DNA of 18,229 nucleotides from Oligoflexales bacterium (GTDB lineage Bacteria; Bdellovibrionota_B; Oligoflexia; Oligoflexales; CAIYRB01): contig JBGSUI010000248.1 in NCBI GenBank assembly GCA_041736175.1, positions 1 through 18,229 of the forward strand. The letters are read 5' to 3'. This document shows, one piece after another, positions 1-8,700 of the stretch; position 1 is the stretch's first letter; the number at the start of each line of letters is the position of its first letter. The notes beneath the pieces are model-generated. The model was not told where the DNA came from. It ran no database searches and worked only from the letters and a program-made list of their open reading frames with translations. The translations under genes were made by a program, and so were the position numbers.

Positions 1-2
1 CA

Positions 3-491
3 AAGAATGCCGAGGTGGTGATCAGTGCCTTAGGAGATCTCCTTGAACACCGTGATCCTTTGCGAAAGGCTGAAAGGGCCAAGCAGAGACAAGAAAAAAA
101 GGAGCAGGGGAAGAGCTCCGACAAGGGTGTCGCCCCGGGACGAACGCCGCCCGAAGCGGTGGTCCCGGTAACCTCGGTCCCGGATTCAGCGACTCCAGAG
201 GGAACACCAACTGCGAAAAAACACAGGTCTGCAATCCCCATGGCCGTTCGCCACGAGGTGTGGTCCCGGGACGACGGACGCTGCACTTGGACGGAGGTGG
301 ATGGCAGTCGTTGCAATGAAAAGTTTAACTTAGAGCTCGATCATGTCCAGACGATGCACTGTCATGGGGGTACCCACGACGTAGAAAATCTGGCCCTTAC
401 CTGCCGGCGTCATAATCAGCTTTCGGCGAAGGAAAGGCTGGGAGAGGAATTTTGGTCGAAAAAGAGACAAGAGTGGGACCAAACTCTCTAG
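3..491 (+). CDS. HNH endonuclease domain protein, 3' part (5'-truncated by the window edge)
   Basis: The frame is open from position 3 (KNAEVVISALGD...). The C-terminal HNH/zinc motif reads 'RHEVWSRDDGRC...SRC...LELDHV..HCHGG..DVENLALTCRRHN' and follows a P/T-rich linker. Confidence 0.85.
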   Translation, partial: KNAEVVISALGDLLEHRDPLRKAERAKQRQEKKEQGKSSDKGVAPGRTPPEAVVPVTSVPDSATPEGTPTAKKHRSAIPMAVRHEVWSRDDGRCTWTEVDGSRCNEKFNLELDHVQTMHCHGGTHDVENLALTCRRHNQLSAKERLGEEFWSKKRQEWDQTL

Positions 492-514
492 AGGGCGTGT
501 CGTCCCGGGGCGAA
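127..514. repeat. Dispersed near-palindromic motif TCGYCCCGGGRCGA (copies at 127-144, 262-274, 497-514)
   Basis: GTGTCGCCCCGGGACGAA (127-144) and GTGTCGTCCCGGGGCGAA (497-514) match at 16 of 18 positions. Their 14-bp cores are exact reverse complements. A partial copy, GGTCCCGGGACGA, lies at 262-274. Confidence 0.6.
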
Positions 515-628
515 TTACCAATGGGCGTGAAACGCAACAACAGGGGTGCGTTTACGGCTCGAGGCCTTGAAGTCCACCTCTGAAAGCAAGATTTATTCCG
601 GGAGTCGCTGGCATCCAGGTGGAAGCTC

Positions 629-657
629 TTGAGGCTTAGTTATGGCCGTGCTAGAGT
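629..657 (+). promoter_or_regulatory. Putative sigma70 promoter of the DUF4160/DUF2442 pair
   Basis: TTGAGG (629-634), a 17-bp spacer and TAGAGT (652-657), with an extended -10 TG at 649-650. Confidence 0.45.
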
Positions 658-693
658 CTCATGGGGGAATTTTATTTGTGAGGACAAGTGGTA

Positions 694-933
694 GTGAGTC
701 CAACTGTATTTTCATTTGGTTCTTATCGTTTTTTCTTTTTCTCTAGGGAAGAACCTAGGGTGCATGTTCACGTGACCTCGCCCGACGGCGAAGCAAAGTT
801 TTGGATAGATCCCGTTATTGCGTTAGCTACAGTGTCTGGACTCAATACGCGTCAGATTCGGATATTGCAAAAATTGGTGGAGACCCATGAAAAGGAAATC
901 CGGGACTGCTGGGCAGTCCACTTTAAAGCCTGA
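694..933 (+). CDS. DUF4160-family protein (putative toxin of the DUF4160/DUF2442 TA pair)
   Basis: 'MSPTVF...YRFFFFSREEPRVHVHV..PDGEAKFWIDP...EIRDCWAVHF' is the typical DUF4160 pattern. The start is placed at GTG 694, 9 nt after GAGGA; the ORF track gives 688. Confidence 0.85.
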   Translation: MSPTVFSFGSYRFFFFSREEPRVHVHVTSPDGEAKFWIDPVIALATVSGLNTRQIRILQKLVETHEKEIRDCWAVHFKA

Positions 934-1189
934 AGTTTCCGCTATTACCCGACAAGGTATTTGGCTGATCGTGGAGCAGATTGAGTACTTTGCACCTTTC
1001 ATTGATTTCCCTTGGTTTAAGTCGGCTCCTGCTCAAGCGATCTTCGATCTTCGGATGCCCCACAAAGGCCACCTACGGTGGCCAGCGTTAGACATTGATC
1101 TGCATCTTGATTCCCTCGTAAGACCAGATGCATTTCCACTGATTGCAAAACCAACTAAACCACGCCGCAAACAAAAAAAATCTGCTTGA
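887..1189 (+). CDS. DUF2442-family protein (putative antitoxin)
   Basis: 'EVSAITRQGIWL....EYFAPFIDFPWF..A...I...HLRWPALDIDLHLDSL..PDAFPL' is the DUF2442 signature. The gene overlaps the DUF4160 gene by 47 nt. Confidence 0.85.
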   Translation: MKRKSGTAGQSTLKPEVSAITRQGIWLIVEQIEYFAPFIDFPWFKSAPAQAIFDLRMPHKGHLRWPALDIDLHLDSLVRPDAFPLIAKPTKPRRKQKKSA

Positions 1190-1235
1190 GACGAGGAGCG
1201 GCTAACGCCCCTCTTACCCGATCTCATTTGCATAA

Positions 1236-2405
1236 TCAACTACCAAGACCTTTAAGTTGCTTGTTCCATAGACGATTTATAAAGGTTTTCCAATGAAGCA
1301 AATGGATTCCTTCGACAACCCGGTCTAGGGGGTCATGGCTCACCACATAATATTCGAGAGATAGTTCTTCTGTTTGGAGGATTTTTAAGGGCTTTAAATC
1401 CGAGGGCGCGACTTTAGTGGTGGCTTTGACTTCCAGGGCGATATGGCCTTCAATCACAAAATCCACCTCGATTTGATCTTCGGTGCGCCAAAACTGTAGA
1501 TCGCGCTTAAGGCGCTGGTAACTTAAAAAAGCCCTGAGCTCCATGGCGATCCAATGCTCAAAGAGAACTCCATAGAGATTAGAATGCCGGTCAATGTGTT
1601 GGATCCCTGCGAGGCAATTGAGTACGCCCGTATCAAAAAAGTAGAATTTGGCAAGGGACACTGACTTTCGGGAAGTAGGCTTTTTCCAGGGCTTTACCTG
1701 AAATCCAATAAGGGTATCTTCGAGTATCTGAAAATAACTGGCGATGGTTGGCGGCGAAACACCCGCATCTTGGGCAATTTTAGTAAAATTAAGGAGCTGC
1801 CCACTACACAGGGCCGCTAAACGCAAAAATTCGACAAAAGCAGGGATCTTTCTGACGAATCCTTCGCTTTTGATCTCTTCGTTGATATAGGTTTGGACAT
1901 AGGCATCGAGCTCTTCTTCGGGGTACTCACTCAAAAGGACTGCAGGAAGGCCACCAAACTTTAGAAATCGAGGCAGGTCAAAATTGGGCATCTCAGCATA
2001 GGTCAGGGGAAACAGGTGAGCAATCCACGCCCGTCCCGCAAGGAGATTGACGCCACTGGCTTTGAGTTTGCGGGCGCTGCTCCCAGTCAAAAGAAATCGT
2101 CTACCTTCCTCTTCGATCATTCGGTGAACTTCGTCAAGCAACAATGGGATTTTTTGAATCTCATCGATGATAATCACTTGGTCGGACTCAGGGGCCTGCT
2201 CGGCAATCATTTCGGCCAAGGCCGATGGATCTTGCATCAAGCGTATTTGCAAAGTGGTTTTCAACAGATTAAAAACACAGGCTGAGGGCCCAAAGCTCCG
2301 CCGCATAAGAAAACTTTTGCCAGTACCCCGAGGGCCAAACAAAAAAAACGACTTTTTATTAATAATATCATTAAGATCTAGTTTTCGAGTAAAGATCTGG
2401 CTCAT
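1236..2405 (-). CDS. AAA+ ATPase (AAA_14 + DUF4143) with C-terminal PD-(D/E)xK-like motif
   Basis: Walker A GPRGTGKS, Walker B IIIDEIQK, LTGSS, 'LAGR', 'GGLP', DUF4143-type 'KFYFFDTG...LFEHW' and C-terminal 'EVDFV....ALEVK'. Confidence 0.9.
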   Translation of the reverse strand: MSQIFTRKLDLNDIINKKSFFLFGPRGTGKSFLMRRSFGPSACVFNLLKTTLQIRLMQDPSALAEMIAEQAPESDQVIIIDEIQKIPLLLDEVHRMIEEEGRRFLLTGSSARKLKASGVNLLAGRAWIAHLFPLTYAEMPNFDLPRFLKFGGLPAVLLSEYPEEELDAYVQTYINEEIKSEGFVRKIPAFVEFLRLAALCSGQLLNFTKIAQDAGVSPPTIASYFQILEDTLIGFQVKPWKKPTSRKSVSLAKFYFFDTGVLNCLAGIQHIDRHSNLYGVLFEHWIAMELRAFLSYQRLKRDLQFWRTEDQIEVDFVIEGHIALEVKATTKVAPSDLKPLKILQTEELSLEYYVVSHDPLDRVVEGIHLLHWKTFINRLWNKQLKGLGS

Positions 2406-2452
2406 AAAGTACTACTTTCTAAAAAGGTCCTTTTTCCAAAGTAGTACTTTAT
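2404..2452. promoter_or_regulatory. 49-bp near-perfect palindrome overlapping the ATPase start codon (candidate operator or hairpin)
   Basis: ATAAAGTACTACTTT (2404-2418) and AAAGTAGTACTTTAT (2438-2452) are perfect 15-bp inverted arms enclosing AAAAAG-GTC-CTTTTT. Confidence 0.7.
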
Positions 2453-2479
2453 ATTTTCCCTAACTCCCTAGCAAGGTCT

Positions 2480-2501
2480 GATCTCCCAGATCTCCCAGAT
2501 C
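2480..2501. repeat. 9-bp tandem repeat (GATCTCCCA x2 + GATC)
   Basis: Read directly from the sequence in the divergent intergenic region. Confidence 0.8.
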
Positions 2502-2602
2502 GCTTTTATTTGGTGCTCTTTTGTGGACAGGCGCCCAGGCGGTCCGGAATGGTCGCGAAAACCAAAGGTTGACCTCAGCGCCGCTCTATATTAAGAAATT
2601 AT

Positions 2603-2750
2603 GAAGGCACAGACTCAAGCGCTGGGATGCGTCGTGCAACGCACCGAGGAGTTTTTAGAAGGCAGGCCAGTCCATAGGGATCAATGCCGACTTAAAGCTG
2701 TGAAGGCAGTGGCGCGAACATCGAGATTACCATTCGGAGGTCCGTAATGG
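2603..2750 (+). promoter_or_regulatory. Structured 5' leader of the purine operon (candidate cis-regulatory RNA)
   Basis: Stem AGACTC/GAGTTT (2611-2616/2649-2654) encloses hairpin TGCGT-CGTGCA-ACGCA. GAAGGCA occurs three times. Hairpin CCATT-CGG-AGGT-CCG-T-AATGG (2730-2750) covers the GGAGG SD and the ATG. Confidence 0.4.
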
Positions 2751-3103
2751 GTCGGTTGACGACGCATGTCCTGAACACGGCTACAGGTAAACCTGCAGAC
2801 CATGTGCCCATCTTTTTGTTTTACATCAGCCTCGACGGGACCAGGTCCCTCGTGGCAGAGGCCACGACCAACCAGGATGGTCGCACGGAGTCCCCCTTGA
2901 TGGGGCCCGAAGAGTTTCGAGCGGGCACCTACGAACTGGTCTTTCAGGTTAAAGACTATTTTGGTCGGTCCTCCCTTCCCCAGAGTTCTCCTCCTTTTTT
3001 TGACACAATCACCTTGCGTGTGACGCTGGCTGATGACCGTGAACACTACCATGTCCCCCTTTTGGTGTCGCCATGGGCCTATGCAACCTACCGTGGGAGT
3101 TGA
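2747..3103 (+). CDS. uraH: 5-hydroxyisourate hydrolase (transthyretin-like)
   Basis: N-terminal 'LTTHVLNTATGKPA', 'TNQDGR', 'HYHVPLLVSPWAYATYRGS' with the diagnostic C-terminal YRGS. SD GGAGG. No signal peptide, so cytoplasmic. Confidence 0.97.
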   Translation: MGRLTTHVLNTATGKPADHVPIFLFYISLDGTRSLVAEATTNQDGRTESPLMGPEEFRAGTYELVFQVKDYFGRSSLPQSSPPFFDTITLRVTLADDREHYHVPLLVSPWAYATYRGS

Positions 3104-3115
3104 GGAGAGAGATCT

Positions 3116-4312
3116 ATGGATACCTATTGGACCGAGTGGGCCAGTCTGCTGTTGCGCTGGCTGCATGTGGTGACCGCGATTGCTTGGATTGGTGCTTCCT
3201 TTTACTTTGTGTGGCTGGACCAAAGTCTCGAAAAGCCCCAGAGCCCTGATTTGGTGGCCAAGGGGGTCGATGGTGAGCTTTGGGCGGTCCATGGCGGTGG
3301 GTTTTATAACCCACAAAAGTATCTTGTGGCGCCGCCCTTTCTCCCTAAAAACCTCCATTGGTTTTACTGGGAATCCTATACGACTTGGATGACAGGTTTA
3401 GGCTTGTTTACCCTGATGTACTTGGCTAACCCAAACACCTATTTGATTGACACACGGATAAGGGTTCTCAGTCCTTCAGTGGCTGTTGCTCTAGCCCTTG
3501 GGTTTTTGGTGGTGGGTTTTATTGTCTATGATCTAGTCTGCCGCATCTTCGAAAACCGCCAGGGATTGTTAGCCGTCCTTACGGCAATCTTTGTGGCACT
3601 GGCGACGGTTGTAGCCACGGAGCTGTTTTCAGGACGGGCGGCTTACCTCCTGGTCGGCGCGATGATGGCGACTATGATGACGGCCAACGTATTTTTCTGG
3701 ATTATTCCTGGCCAAAGACGAGTCCTAGCGGCCATGGGTGCGGGCTTGCCGGTCGATCCCAGCCATGGCAGGCGTGGTAAGATGCGCAGCGTCCACAATA
3801 CCTACTTCACTCTGCCAGTGATTTTTTGCATGATTTCTAACCACTCAAGCCAGCTTTACAGCCATCCCGATGCAGGGGTGATCCTTATCTTGGTCATGGG
3901 AGCTTCGGTCTTGATCCGGCAGTTTTTTCTACTGCGCCATAAAGGTCGTTTAAACTTTTGGTATCCCGCCGTAGGGAGCGCTCTCCTTTTGGCAGTGGCC
4001 TTTTGGGTGATGCCTCCTAAAACCCTAGCCCATCAGGGCCCAGCACTGAACCTGGGCCAGAGCGCAGAGCGATCTTTTAAAATCCTCCAAGATCGATGCT
4101 ATGGATGTCACGCCTTAAAGCCGACCTTGATGGGAGGAGGCGCGCCCAAGGGGATCGCCTTTGAGAGCCCCGAGGATCTGGAAAAATATGCGGCGCTTAT
4201 CTATCAGCAGGCTGTGGCCCTCAGAGCGATGCCCCTAGGCAATGTGACCCAGATGACGGAAGACGAACGCCAGATCCTTGGCCAGTGGTACCAGAGCAAA
4301 ACCAAAATTTAA
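3116..4312 (+). CDS. puuD: Urate hydroxylase/oxidase PuuD (membrane domain + C-terminal cytochrome c)
   Basis: 'LLRWLHV..AIAWIG.SFYFVWLD', 'GELWAVHGGGFY', 'LHWFYWESY.TW', 'NVFFWIIPGQR', 'RSVHNTYFTLPV.F.MISNH', heme motif CYGCH and 'MPLGNVTQMT..ER'. Confidence 0.95.
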   Translation: MDTYWTEWASLLLRWLHVVTAIAWIGASFYFVWLDQSLEKPQSPDLVAKGVDGELWAVHGGGFYNPQKYLVAPPFLPKNLHWFYWESYTTWMTGLGLFTLMYLANPNTYLIDTRIRVLSPSVAVALALGFLVVGFIVYDLVCRIFENRQGLLAVLTAIFVALATVVATELFSGRAAYLLVGAMMATMMTANVFFWIIPGQRRVLAAMGAGLPVDPSHGRRGKMRSVHNTYFTLPVIFCMISNHSSQLYSHPDAGVILILVMGASVLIRQFFLLRHKGRLNFWYPAVGSALLLAVAFWVMPPKTLAHQGPALNLGQSAERSFKILQDRCYGCHALKPTLMGGGAPKGIAFESPEDLEKYAALIYQQAVALRAMPLGNVTQMTEDERQILGQWYQSKTKI

Positions 4313-4327
4313 ATTAAAGGAAAACCC

Positions 4328-5713
4328 ATGGGCACAGACTCTTCCAAAAAAATATCCCTCTCTCACCTGCTTTTAGGTCTCCAGCATGTCCTGGTTATGT
4401 ATGCAGGAACGATTGCAGTGCCTCTTGTGGTGGGGTCAGCCCTGCATTTTTCAAAGGAGCAGATGGCATTTCTGATCAACGCTGATCTCCTGGCGGCAGG
4501 CATCGTGACCGTGATCCAATCCCTCGGCGTCGGCCCGGTGGGGATCCGCCTGCCGATCATGATGGGGGTGACTTTTGCTGCTGTCAGCCCGATGATCGCC
4601 ATCGCCCAAAACCCTGAGGTCGGAATGCCGGGGCTTTACGGCGCTATCATCGCCTCCGGTGTGTTTGGTTTCCTGGTGGCGCCTTTGATGAGCCGTCTGA
4701 TTCGATTGTTTCCACCGGTTGTCAACGGTGCCATCATCTGTCTTGTGGGTCTCAGCTTGCTTAAGGTGGGGATCAACTGGAGTGCCGGTGGTGAGCCCAC
4801 CCTCCAAACCATAGTGGATGGTCGCCAGGTGCTCGTCGCCAATCCCGAGTATGGAGCCCTAAGCCAGGTAGGGATGGCGGGTTTTGTGTTGGCCCTTATT
4901 CTAGCCATCAACCGCTTTGGTCGCGGAATGGGTAAAAGCCTATCGGTACTCATTGGACTGGTGGTGGGCACGGCGGTGAGCTGGGGTCTTGGCATGGTGT
5001 CCTTAGGTGATTTGGCCAAGGCGCCTTGGTTTCAAGTGACCACCCCCTTTTACTTTGGAACGCCCACGTTTCACCTCCCTTCAGTCATCTCCATGTGCCT
5101 GGTCATGCTGATTATCCTTGCTGAATCTCTCGGACTCTTTGTGGTTGTGGGCAATATCGTCGAAGAAAAAGTCGATGAAAAAGCCCTTACCAAAGGCTTT
5201 CGTGCCGACGGCATAGGCGCGGTGATCGGCGGCATCTTAAACACTTTTCCCTATACCTCTTTTTCCCAAAACATAGGTTTGTTGACCGTAACCCAGGTGC
5301 GCGGACGGCATATCACAGCCCTAGGAGGTCTTATTTTGATCATTCTAGGACTGCTACCAAAGCTGGCGGTCTTAGCGGCATCGATCCCGTCGCCGGTCTT
5401 GGGGGGTGCAGGGCTGGTGATGTTTGGTATGGTGGCAGCGACCGGGATCCGCATCCTTGGAGGCGTGGATTTCGAACAAAAACCCCACAATGCTCTTATT
5501 ATCGCCGTCACCTTAACGGTCGGTATGATCCCGACTTTAGCACCGAGCTTTTTTCACCATTTCCCAGCCTGGTCACAGCCTTTTACCCATAGTGGTATCG
5601 TTCTTGGTGCGATCACGGCCATGATTTTGAATTATGTGTTTAATGGAATGCAACCCCCTGAAATCCACGAATTCCAAGAACTCCACAACAAATTGCAAAC
5701 AACTTTACATTGA
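4328..5713 (+). CDS. Nucleobase:cation symporter-2 (NCS2/NAT) xanthine/uric acid permease
   Basis: 'GLQHVLVMYAG', 'RLPIMMGVTFA', 'FPPVV.G', NAT signature 'SFSQNIGL..VT', 'PVLGGAG.VMFG'; many hydrophobic segments. Confidence 0.95.
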   Translation: MGTDSSKKISLSHLLLGLQHVLVMYAGTIAVPLVVGSALHFSKEQMAFLINADLLAAGIVTVIQSLGVGPVGIRLPIMMGVTFAAVSPMIAIAQNPEVGMPGLYGAIIASGVFGFLVAPLMSRLIRLFPPVVNGAIICLVGLSLLKVGINWSAGGEPTLQTIVDGRQVLVANPEYGALSQVGMAGFVLALILAINRFGRGMGKSLSVLIGLVVGTAVSWGLGMVSLGDLAKAPWFQVTTPFYFGTPTFHLPSVISMCLVMLIILAESLGLFVVVGNIVEEKVDEKALTKGFRADGIGAVIGGILNTFPYTSFSQNIGLLTVTQVRGRHITALGGLILIILGLLPKLAVLAASIPSPVLGGAGLVMFGMVAATGIRILGGVDFEQKPHNALIIAVTLTVGMIPTLAPSFFHHFPAWSQPFTHSGIVLGAITAMILNYVFNGMQPPEIHEFQELHNKLQTTLH

Positions 5714-5724
5714 GGTTATGACCC

Positions 5725-8700
5725 GTGAAATCTTTTTTTGAAATCCCCTCCTTCCATGACTTTATCCCGCCCACCCTAGCCCGTGAACTCCTCCATCAAG
5801 CCAAACCTGTCTCGGGAGTCGAAGGTCTATCTCAGGTGGGAACCGGAGGGGGCTTGGAGCAGTCGGCAGAGGCCCTTGAGTTTTTGATCAGGATCTACGA
5901 TACCACCAAACACCGCTACCAAAACCTGCTTAAGCAACGGACCGAAGATAGGGCGTTTATCGACCAGCGTATGAAAGCCTGTGGGATGCTTAACGACTCG
6001 CTAGGCCTTACACCAAGGGACGAACGCTACCAAACGGCGATCGGTCTTGAGGACGCTAAGGGTCGTACAGTGGTAGGAGCCCTTCCGACCACCGTTTTCT
6101 ACCGCAAAGGCGGTGCACCGGTCGCCCCGATTCCAAAGGCTCTGGAGGGGTTTCATGTCACCCTTTTTGGTCCGCCCGATAGCGCTAAACTGGCGATCAA
6201 CGCCATGAACGCCTATCATCGCCAACTCCCCGGTGAGCCGGAGATCGTTGCTAAACTACTGCAACGCAACCACGATCTTTATCCTATCAAGTGGGGTGCA
6301 GACCACGAAGACTCAAAAACACCCATCCGCAAGGCTCTTGTGGAGGCTGGACAAAACCTCGCCGCGTGTATCAAAGGTGATCTCAGTTTTCACGACCAAA
6401 ACTCAGGCAAAACCTATAGCATCCTTCCCGATAAAGCCTCCCTTCCCATCAAACGGATCACCGGCCTCGCCCTGCCCTGTGGATTCCTTTTTTACAAGGG
6501 GCAACCCATCCCGCTCCATCTTTATGAGCTCGCCCTCCATGTCTTTCACCACCAAGCGAGACCAGAGGCCCTGACCTTTTATGTACCTAAACTGGAAAAC
6601 GAGGAAGAAGCAGCCTACCTTGCTGAGGTGCTGCGCACTGCCGAAGAACTCCTCTATAAACATAACAGTGCCTACCAACTGGGGACGATCCGGGTGTTGT
6701 TGGTCCTGGAAAACGCCCGTGCCGTCTTCCGCATCCATGAAATCATGGATGCCCTCGATCCTTATTTTGCCGGAGCTTCCTTAGGCTGGCACGACTACTT
6801 GGCCTCGACGGCGCGCCTGTTTAAAGAGGACGGGAATTATAGGATACCCAGCAAATCCGATCCTCATATCGTGATCAACCACATCAAAGAGTCCCACCGC
6901 CTCCTCGCCGACGTTGTGGGGTCTCGTGGTGGCATCAAAATCGGTGGAATGTATGGGGTTTTGCCCATGGATACCGATCTTAAAAGCCCCTCGTTTCAGG
7001 TTGCTTTGCGGGGATTTTTTAAAGATGTGATCACCCAGCTTAAAAGAGACCTGACGGGATTTTGGGTGGCCCATCCTGATTTTGCCCGCATAGGTCTCGC
7101 TTTGGTAGAAGCCTGGAAGCTTAGGCTTCAAGACGACGGCTTAGCCCTAAACAACTTTATCGAAGCGCTGCTCCTGCCGGACGATGCTCAAGCCATCAAA
7201 CACTGGGTTGTTTCGGGTGATTCAACTGGTGAGCTTAATCGTTCTGACCCTCGCTATCCCTTAGCGCTGCTTGCAGCCGATGGAGTCAAGCCTGCGAGCC
7301 TTCCCAACCATGATCCCGAAACCGTGCGCTATAACGTCTTTCAAAGCTTGCAGTACCTCACCGACTGGCTTGCGGGCAACGGCTGCGTCGCGTTACCGAC
7401 GACGATCGACCGACAAAACGTTCGGGTGATGGACGACCTGGCCACCGCAGAAAGATCCCGCTGGGAGGTGTGGCATGAGGTGTATCACGGGCGGTTTAAG
7501 CCTGAGGAGCTTATCAAAATCGCGTTTGAAGAACTCCAGTTTATTCGAAAAAATCATGAATCTCCCACCAAAAAGCCTCAAGTCCGCTGGGACAGCCGCA
7601 CTCAAAAGTGGTATCCCATCGCTCTCCGGCTGATGCTTAAGTTGATGACCGCTACTAAGCCGCCTGAGTTTGCCACAGAACTCCTCCTCCCCTTTACCGT
7701 CGATCTGATCCGAGACAGCAAAGATCCTTGGCAGCGGGCTAGGGAGCTTTGTCCGCAGCGATACCAGCTGGACGCCCAAATACAACGTATGCTTACCGCC
7801 TTTGAGGCCTGTGGGACCCGCGGGTTTGCGCGGCAGATGGCTGAGCTTGGGGTTTATGATCCTGCACAAGTGGAGACGATCATCAGTGGGTTTTCGGTGG
7901 CCGAGATCAGCGAAGCGGCTTTTTTTCACGGTGACATCGGTGCTGCAAAGGATCAGTTAGACGAGGCGGCAGCCCGGGAGCAAGCCCTTGCCCAAAAGGG
8001 TGATCTTCATACTATGGAGCAACTCAGGCAGCTCGGGAAAGCCTACCAAGACAAATTTGGGTTTAAGTTTTTGGTCTCAGCCGAAGGCCGCCGTGCAGAG
8101 GGGCTCTTAGAGATTCTCAAAGCTCGGTTGATGCAAACCAGCGACCAGGAGATGGCTGAGGCTCGAAAAGCCTTGATTGCGATCACCCAAAAGCGTCTAG
8201 GCTCCCTTGAGCAAAACCAGGTGCTGAAAGATCTGCAAACCTTGCATCAACAGTCAGCCGTCCCCGGACTCGCGGTCGCTGTCACCCTCGGACGTGAGGT
8301 GCAAAGCCTTTGTTTTGGCGAACTGATCAATGGTGCATCGGGAGCCTCGGCGGTCCGGCCTGGGACGCGGTTTCAGCTGGCGTCCCTTAGCAAAACCATC
8401 GCTGCCGCCTTTTGTTTGGAATTCTTCAGCCAACACAAGATCCCCCTCGAAACCAGCGTTCAAAGCCTGCTTAAAAAGTACAAAAGCCCCTGGAGTTTAC
8501 CAGCCCCCACCTCACAACCCCTCTGGGCAGAGCAGGTAACCCTGAGTCATCTGCTCAGTCATACAGCGCTTTCCATTCACTATGTGAAAGGGTATCCCCA
8601 GAAAGCCGGTCACCCGCCGTTGACCGATCTCCTTCCATCCGTCGAAATCATCGCTCAACCAGGAACCCAGTTTACCTACTCGGGAGGCGGCTTTTTAGTA

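Noticed and set aside
1194..1214. Hairpin GAGGAGCG-GCTAA-CGCCCCTC between convergent genes as an intrinsic terminator
   Set aside because: The stem has a mismatch and there is no clear U-tract directly after it on either strand.
2569..2597. Sigma70 promoter for the purine operon (TTGACC...)
   Set aside because: The -35 is good, but no convincing -10 lies at 16-18 bp spacing (TAAGAA at 17; TATATT at only 12). Not called as a feature.
2681..3358. 225-aa minus-strand ORF, plus the other antisense or alternate-frame ORFs inside the operon (e.g. 7393-7929, 12594-13313)
   Set aside because: They are shadows of well-supported plus-strand genes and show no recognisable motifs.
5718..5741. ATG at 5718 as the start of the fusion protein
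   Set aside because: It is out of frame and stops after 7 codons. GTG 5725 is in frame with suitable SD spacing.
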